Source: Octopus vulgaris
Lineage: Eukaryota
Direction of reading: 5' to 3'
Assembly: GCA_951406725.2 (NCBI GenBank)
Contig: OX597819.1
Location: 80,538,001-80,602,000 of the forward strand
DNA length: 64,000 bases
The translations under genes were made by a program, and so were the position numbers. Under the pieces are notes generated by a model, which worked only from the letters and a program-made list of their open reading frames with translations, ran no database searches and was not told the DNA's origin. Each line of letters begins with the position of its first letter. Position 1 is the first letter of the stretch. This document shows positions 54,813 through 64,000 of this stretch, piece by piece.

Positions 54813-55580
54813 GACGGGGAGGTGGAGGAGATGAGAAAAATTCGTTTAGCTGGCTAAAACAAGAGAGAAAGAAGAGAGATGTGCTCCGATTCTTATGATT
54901 TCTGTGAAATCTGCTGGAAGTAAAGAATAGGGTTGCTTATTCATTTTTGCATTATGTCTGCAGATTAACGATTCTGCTCCTTTACTCGGCCTCACAGGAT
55001 TACTAAAAGGAGTCGAGATCTGGCAGTAGATGGCGCCACTTGTCGAATGATAGATAAACTCTCCTTCTCCAACTGTAAACAGTTCTGCGGCTGCGTGAAA
55101 GTGATGTGATTAGAATGGATATATGTGGTGTGTGGTGTTGTGGCTTTGTGTGGTTGAGAAAACGGGTGATGAATATCCAAGGTGCCTGCCTGTTGTATTG
55201 CGTTGAATGTGTGTGTGTGTGTGTGTGTTATGGTCGTCTGTTTGTGTTATGTTTTGTGTACGTTTTGTGTATGCTTGTGTTTACTGTATGCGCCTGTACT
55301 TGTGCGTTGTTTGATTATGGATGCTATACGTGTGTGTGCGTGTGTTTGAGTCTGTGTGTGTGTGTGTGAGTGTGTGTGTGTGTGTGTGAAAGAAACTGAG
55401 CAATTACATCTTTTTGAAAAAATATAACAGGAAACAAGAAGTTAGAGACAGAAAAAGGGGGAGAGAGTGAGAGAGAGAGAGAAGGAAAGAGAGAGAAAAT
55501 GAAAGCGAGAGAGAGATATATATAAATAGAGATAGGAGTAGAGAGAAAAAGAAGGGAAACGAAAGAAAAGAAGAGAGAAA

Positions 55581-55616
<36 letters not shown>

Positions 55617-55683
55617 AACCGAAAGAAAGTGAAAACAATAAAGAAAGAAAGAATGAATGAATGAATGAAAAGAAAGAAAGAAA

Positions 55684-55723
<40 letters not shown>

Positions 55724-56044
55724 AACAAAGAGAGAAGGAAAGAAAGAAGAAAAGAAACACACAAAGAAACAAAGATGGAAAGGGAATAAAAAGAGAGTCA
55801 GTAATAGATTGAGCAAGAAAGATGAGTGCCAAGGCAAATTCGTGACAGAACAGATACATAACATTGCTGCAAAATGGACGTTTTAGCCGTTTCAGAACTT
55901 ATTGCTGTGAGATCTATGGCGTTTTAATTTACTGAAATATATTAACGGAGAATTCAAATAGAAAATCTCATACGTGTATTTTTCTATCTACTTACAGCTC
56001 CGTCATCTCCTCTCACTTTATACCTCTCACTCTCTCTTCACCCC

Positions 56045-56076
<32 letters not shown>

Positions 56077-56244
56077 CCCCCTTTCTTTTTTACTCTGATA
56101 CACTGATACACACATATACACATCCACAATTACATATTCACACCCTAATTATATATGTGTGTGTGTGCGTACGCGCGTGTATGTGTATGTACGTATGAAT
56201 GAATGAATGAATGAATGTATATACGTATGCAGCTAATGATGGGA

Positions 56245-57100
56245 AGGTCATGAGTTCGATTCCCAGCAGTGCGATGTGTCCTTAAGCAAGACACTTTATT
56301 TCACGTTGCTCCAATCTACTCAGCGGGCATAAATGAGTAGTACCTGTATTTCAAGAAGCCAGCCTTGTCACATTCTTTGTCACGCTGACTCTCTCTGAGG
56401 ATGCGTCAAGGGACGCGAGTCTCTGGAGTACTGAGGGTGGTGATATACCAAGCAACAGGTTAAAACTCCTCCTACTCCAAGCAACTTAGAACACAAAAGG
56501 CCAGTACAAATACCGCAAGGTATCTTAGCTGATGCTATAACGATTCCACCAACCGCCCTCAAGGATTAATCTTTTATCTTTTACTTGTCTCAGTCATGCG
56601 ACTGCCGCCATGCTGAGGCACCACATTGAAGGGTTTTTTTTCCAACAAATCTATCCTAATACTTTTTTTTACTTTGATACTTATCCTCTTGAACATGTTT
56701 GCTAACTCGCTAAGTTACGGAGACGTAAACAAACTACTATCGGTTGTCACGCGGCAGGCAAGCACAAAGGCACACAAACATACACACATACAAACACGTA
56801 TATACACGACGAGCTTCCTCACCGTTTCCATCGAGCAAAATCACTCACAGGACATTGGCCGGCCACTGGCTATAGTAGATGACACTTTACCAAGGTAAAG
56901 TGAGAATGAACCCGGAATTATGTAGAGACAAAGCAAACATCTTAACCACACAGCCATGCTTGTGCCTATTGACTTATCAACTGACTCTAGAAAGATACAA
57001 GGTAGATTTGACCTCGGAAAAATTTGAACTGAGATATATGTATAGAGAGCCAAAAGAAATACTGCAAGGTATCATGTCCTATGTTCTTATTATTCTTCCT
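56245..57100. mobile_element. cluster of old SINE fragments (CORE-like + at 56245-56430; OK/OR-type - at 56570-56965; Meta-like - fragments)
   Basis: Recognisable family motifs with high divergence. Confidence 0.7.
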
Positions 57101-57134
57101 AATTATCAGCTTTACATGCACACACACACACACG

Positions 57135-57179
<45 letters not shown>

Positions 57180-57739
57180 AAGAACGCATCGTAGCGCTTG
57201 AATCTGCTTTGATCATAGATCTATCAAATTAGAGCCGTCTAGAACTGGCTCTTAAATGGTGACTTGTTTTTACCTTGTAACATATTCTTGCAGCTAACAG
57301 CTGTGTAATTATTTTTAAGTTATATATTTTTGTGCCTAAAGAAATTATGTTGTATGTGCCGCTGACGTAGTATACATTTCTTTATGCCCTAGAAGAGGAA
57401 GGGCAGCGCTCACGATTCTTTTCATGGACTCCAAAATTGGTGAAAGGAGGAGAAATCTGGCCGCAGACCTAAGATTTGTAATAAGATGGGCTCAATTAAA
57501 AACGCCTAAGGTCCAACTGAATGTGTTGCACAAAGCGACGGATTAAGTCTACCCTATTTATTCGATTATTTGACCGCAATTTTTTCAGGAGAAATAGCAA
57601 CACAAACTAGAGCACATTAGATTTCCTCTGCAGAACAAGTGGGCTTTTGTTTTCACAGCAAAGTTAAATGTATTCGGACGACAATTGACTCTAGTTTGAG
57701 GATTAAACAGGGCGTTTGTGAGACTGTATATCACTGAGC

Positions 57740-58024
57740 ATGGGTACGAGGATGTGAGTACGTGGTCATGAGTTCGAGACACGGAGGCGCATTGTTCTTT
57801 GTGCACTTTATTTCACATCGCTACAGTCTACACAGCTGGCAAAAATGAGTAGCACCTGTATTTCAAAGAGCCAGCCTTATCCCATTCTGTGAGACGCTGA
57901 ATCTCTCAGAGAACTACGTTAAAGGTACGCGCGTCAGTGGAATGCTCAAGTTAATTTTACGAGCAGGGTGTTCCGTTGATCGGATCAACACGCACCCTCA
58001 TTGTCGTAACCGACGGAGTGCTAG

Positions 58025-58092
<68 letters not shown>

Positions 58093-58345
58093 ATAAAAGA
58101 AGTTCTCTTCACGTTCATGAGATCCTGGGATCGATCCTTACTGCAGGGCACTTTGGGTAAATTCGTTACCGTAGCCTCAGTTCGACCCAAGTCTTATGAA
58201 TGATACTGAGTACAAAAAAAGTTTGAGAGCCATATTGAATGGATTGTCCCTGTCATTCAAAGGTCCAGCCATGTCACACACTGTGTCACGTTAATTCTGC
58301 TCGAGTATTACGCTGAGGTTACAGCTGTCTGCGGAATACTCACTC
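57740..58345 (+). mobile_element. CORE-like SINE (57740-58022) and further SINE fragments
   Basis: GAGTTCGAGAC B-box, CACTTTATTTCACAT, CGTAACCGACGGAGTGC tail. Confidence 0.75.
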
Positions 58346-58576
58346 ATAGTACAGAATAGTTCTCATCGACGAAACCGAGGAAGAGCCATTTATGTGTTGT
58401 GTGTGTGAATATGTGTGTGTATGTACATCTATGTTATACACGTATGTGTTTGACTATGCATATATATTTGTATGTGTGTGTGTGTGAGTTGTTGTTGTGT
58501 AAGTGAGGATGCAAATATATGCGCTGAGTAAGCACTTATATGTCTTGTGTATATGTACAAATGTATGTGTATGTGC

Positions 58577-58701
<125 letters not shown>

Positions 58702-59009
58702 TATGTGTAAGTATCATACACTGGTGTGATGAAAGAGAGAAAGTGTGAAAGGAGAGAGTGGACGTTTAAAATTAAAAAAACAGTGGAAGACATAGGGAAG
58801 AATAAAAGCGCGAGTTTAAAAAAATCAAAAAGACATACATACATACATACATGCATGCATGCATACATACATACATACATACATACATACATACATACAT
58901 ACATACATACATACATACATACATGCATGCATGCATACATACATACATACATACATACATACATACATACACATTGAAAGGCGGACAGACGGACATAAAA
59001 CAGACATGC

Positions 59010-59101
<92 letters not shown>

Positions 59102-59119
59102 GTAAATGAAAAATCAATT

Positions 59120-59286
59120 GAAGAAGAAGAAGAAGAAGAAGAAGAAGAAGAAGAAGAAGAAGAAGAAGAAGAAGAAGAAGAAGAAGAAGAAGAAGAAGAA
59201 GAAGAAGAAGAAGAAGAAGAAGAAGAAGAAGAAGAAGAAGAAGAAGAAGAAGAAGAAGAAGAAGAAGAAGAAGAAGAAGAAGAAGC
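59120..59286. repeat. long pure (GAA)n tract
   Basis: Direct inspection. Confidence 0.95.
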
Positions 59287-59486
59287 TCGAATGTTTATGG
59301 TTTTCTGTAAATTTGCGCAGAGTCTCTGTGTAAGGGGCCGCCGCGTACGTTGGCAGAATACAGAAATACTGAACATAAGAGTTAAAGACAGATTTAATGG
59401 GAAGCTGCTGAGGCGCTTTGCGAGTAATTTAACTATGAAACCAACGACAACGCAAGGTCGAAACGTACCGACGAAATCTGTTTAAT

Positions 59487-59562
<76 letters not shown>

Positions 59563-59865
59563 ATATTGTTAAATTCATGCATGCTTGCACTCATAAATCA
59601 GTTTACGTATACACCTCTATGCACACACGTGTGCGCGTGTGAATATACCCGATCGCGGATACGTGGTATATCATTACGTATTCACATACCAATATCAATA
59701 CTGGCATATATCTGTGTACATACATATACATAAAATGATATAGTCAGTCCGCCAAGATTACATAACATATTTCTACGCGTTCATATATTATAGTCCAATA
59801 TACATGCATGTGCCATCATGAATGATTGCCAATATATATTTCACATACACCATGACCACGTCCGC

Positions 59866-59935
<70 letters not shown>

Positions 59936-60044
59936 ACACACAAACACACACACACACATGTCTCATTTCCACTGTCACTTTTGTTTTCTTTCTCCGCTTC
60001 TTAATTTCTATCTCTTTCTCTTTTCTCTGTCTCTCCTCATATAC

Positions 60045-60112
<68 letters not shown>

Positions 60113-60348
60113 TATATGTATATATACACACACATATATATATGCATGTAGGTATGCATGGATGATTGTGTATGTATATATATATATATATATATGCACA
60201 CCAATAAATGTCGGCAGATCTGTTCATCATCATAAATATACATGTATATGCATGCAGTACTTTTTATATGTTAAATGTATTTAAACATGTGCTTCTGTAT
60301 ATCTACATACATACGTATATATATGCATTCGTCCATCCGTGTGTGTGT

Positions 60349-60399
<51 letters not shown>

Positions 60400-60478
60400 C
60401 ATGTGTAAGCTTGTGCTTGTATACTTAAAAAGGAATACATATATGCCCATATGTAAATATGCTTACATGTATACATTT

Positions 60479-60523
<45 letters not shown>

Positions 60524-60914
60524 CATGATGTATGTATGTATTTATATATGTATGTATGTATACATACATATATATATATATATATACACGCTTACATATA
60601 CGGATGCTCAACCACAAGGAGAGGACGCAATGTTCAATTTTCTTTATCATGACTTAAATAAATAGTTTATAATGATATTCCTCATTTTTAGATTTTACTT
60701 GTTATTTTTATTTTTAAACACACACTCGTGCAAGTACACACCACACACAAAAACAATCAAACATAAACACACGTACACACACACGCGTGTATGACTGTGT
60801 CTATGTGTCTCTGTGCATCTGTGTACGCGTATGTATTTATGTATGTAAGTATATATATATATATATATATATATAAGCAACTATATAGCGAGGTGGGGAG
60901 AGAACATTATATAT

Positions 60915-60949
<35 letters not shown>

Positions 60950-61082
60950 CATACATACATACATACATACATACATACATACATACATACATACGTAATG
61001 TACTTGTTTGCTGGGACAGAAATCAGAGACATTAGTTTAACGTTTTACGGTTTTTAAATAGTCGTAAATTTAAAATAATAAC

Positions 61083-61142
<60 letters not shown>

Positions 61143-61427
61143 GGACAACAATAACTACAACACCAACAACAATGACAATAAACTACGGACGTGTTAGAGG
61201 AAGATAGGGAAAGATGAATTTTTTTTCATCATTATTTATTTATTGTCGCATTTTCATATTCAGTTTCCGTTTTTTTCTTTTTTAGGTTTTGTTTAATCAT
61301 CATTTAAAATTTTTGTTAGTTAATTTTTTCTTGTCTCATTTCGGTGTTCGTATACGTGTGTGTCTGTGTGTGTATGTGTCAATCTGTGTGTGTATGTGCG
61401 CGCGTATGTATTTGTGTGTGTGTTTGT

Positions 61428-61468
<41 letters not shown>

Positions 61469-61820
61469 ATGACTGTTTGTGTGTGTACTCATGTGTGTGT
61501 ATGCATGTGCGTGTGCGTGTGTATTTGTGTGTATATGCATGTGTGCGTACGTGTGTGTGTGTGTGTGTGTTTTTCGAATTAGTCTCACGTCATTATTAAA
61601 GTTTCCTAAGAAATGTTTCGTTTTTGTTTTGTTTTTGTTTTTTGTTTTGTTTCTCTTGTTTTTCTTTCTTTTCTGTTTTTTGTTTGTATTTTTGTTATTG
61701 TTGTTGATTTTTGTACTTTAAACAAAAATTGAAGAGTAAAGATCAGAAAAAGTACCAACTAAAAAAAAAAAATATGAGATATAAATAACCCGAAAAAATT
61801 CCTGTTGTAATTGTTGTTGA

Positions 61821-61854
<34 letters not shown>

Positions 61855-62247
61855 CTTCTTCTTCTTCTTCTTCTTCTTCTTCTTCTTCTTCTTCTTCTTC
61901 TTCTTCTTGTAGTTCTCGTCATCGTTGTTGTGGTTCTTGTTGATGTCAACTCTGATCTACGTTTATGTAATACAACAATTTCAGAGTTTAGTTTATTCTG
62001 TTGTCAAGGAAAGTATCTGCTTGGCAGCAGTGATAAGGGTGGTGGTGGGGTGATGCTGGTGGTAGTGGTGATACTCGTGGTGATGGTGATGGTGATAGTG
62101 GTGGTGGTGATACTGGTGGTGGTGGTGGTGGTGGTGGTGGTGCTATTAGCTTTCGAAATCCAAGCACGATAGAATTAGATCTATATATCACCACCCGTCC
62201 ACCCTCGTGATACACCTGACTAATGACGTCATAACTACAACTCTGTT

Positions 62248-62285
<38 letters not shown>

Positions 62286-62852
62286 GCTATTGTTATTGTT
62301 GTTGTTGTTGTTGTTGCTATTGTTATTGTTGTTGTTGCTGTTGTCATGGCAGAAGTAGTGATGGTGATGGCGACAGCAGTGAAGCGCTGGTAGGCGACTG
62401 ATGATGGTGATGTCTTTCCTGTATGACCACAGATTGAAGTGCATGTTAAAACACTGACTGAGTAAAATGTAATATAATATGATATACTATAACAATATAA
62501 TATAATACATAATAGATAATGGACATGATGGGTCAAAAGCCACTATCATTTTTGTAATAAGCTAATAATTTTAACCAATCATAATAAAGATTACAGAATC
62601 ATCATCTTACGTCTATAAAATGTCGGTTTATATATTTTTATCCTGTACAATATTCGCATCATCGTTTTAGAAGGAATTTAAACACTAGACTTGAAGTCCT
62701 CGAATTACTTTATTAATATGGTAAAATTGCTAGTAACAACGTGGCAATTTTGTATTTTATAGAACAAAATGATGTAATTATGGCGATTAAGCAACCATTT
62801 GCCGATAAACAGGATTCGTCTGACCAAAAACATATCATCAATCAAATTATTG

Positions 62853-63040
62853 GCAAGCTGGTAGAATCGTTAGAGCTTCAGGAAAAATACCTTCTAGTAT
62901 TTCTTGCAACTCTTTACGTTTTAAGTTCAAATTCCGCTGAGATCAACTTCGCTTTTCCTGTCTCCCGGGTTGATAAAATAATGTACCAACCAGTCAAGTA
63001 CTGGTGTCGAGGATATCGACTAATCCTCTCCCTTCATAAA
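62853..63040 (+). mobile_element. Meta-domain-like SINE, old copy
   Basis: AGCTGGTAGAATCGTTAG head, AGTTCAAATTCCGC, GTCGA..ATCGAC hairpin. Confidence 0.7.
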
Positions 63041-64000
63041 CGTTAGCATTCAGAATCCAGTGAGCAAAAAACTAAAATACTAAAATGCTTTATTTTCGTG
63101 TGTGATTGATTGCTGCCAATATACTTTGTATGTTCATAATCCAAATATTCATTTGGGAATGTCACAAACTCTATTTACGGAACCAGAACTAGCATGGACA
63201 ATTAGATTTGAATTTAATATTTTTCCTTTCTTTTTCCAATGTTTTCCGAACATTATCTTCGAGTGACGGTCCTCCAGTCCTTAAAGCATCATACACATAC
63301 TTTGTTTCACCAAACTTCTTTATGAGAATAAAGAAATAAATTTCGTTTGAACGAGTTCAACGAGATTTTTTAAATAGCTTTTATGAATGAGATCTTTGCC
63401 TGCTCAGACCATGTTGAATTTTGTAGCCTCGTAATGATGCACCAATTTTACCGCTTACCTTATATAAAATAGCTTCACTGTTTTAAGTCTGATACACAGA
63501 TTATTCTACAATTAATAAAGTGAATATTTTATATGGATTATCCACGTTTATCACTGATTCGTTCATCACTGACCCGGAATGCTCATTGTGGACCATGTTA
63601 TAGTCATGATAACACAGGTCGATGGTCAGTCAGACATTTTGTTTTGACCGCAAAGCGCACCCCGACCACCATCCACAAAGCTCAGTACAACATGGGGGTC
63701 TATTATTCATTTATTGCTGATTCATTTAACACGATATTTTCGGCTTTCTTTTTGGGAGAAGTGGGGAGGGCCCAAGTACACATGATAAGCGAGGATAGAT
63801 ATATCATATTTCTTCAACTTCTTTACATTAATAGTTTAATTAATAACAATAATGACTTTTACGAGCCAACTACGTCACTGTAAAAAAGAGCAACTAAAGT
63901 TCCCTGTCACCATTAAAAAACGGACAATATAATAATGTAGTCCTAGAAATAATTATTCTATGTTTTTATTTCAAAACTGGTACAAAATTTAAAGTCATCA

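Overview
Eukaryotic, AT-rich, repeat-dominated non-coding DNA, almost certainly cephalopod (Octopus-like). This is inferred from the tRNA-derived SINE families and the very high load of TA, TG, CATA, GATA, AAT, ATC and GAA microsatellites. No intact multi-exon host gene is visible, and nearly all ORFs in the track are microsatellite or SINE read-throughs. Recognisable content: many copies of a Meta-domain-like tRNA-SINE (some as 184-bp concatemers); CORE-like tRNA-SINEs with swapped tails; decayed Penelope-like retroelements (RT and GIY-YIG remnants); CR1, RTE and L1/Tx1 LINE 3' fragments; three Tc1/mariner relics; and two long palindromes. The most interesting signal is a set of minimal type I hammerhead-ribozyme motifs in short Penelope-type terminal repeats (759-793, 12191-12266, 26732-26765, 28995-29030). 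They show compensatory changes in stem I and, in each, a palindromic stem III. A 30-nt candidate microexon (8728-8757) hints that the window may be intronic. All calls were made by eye, and boundaries are approximate.
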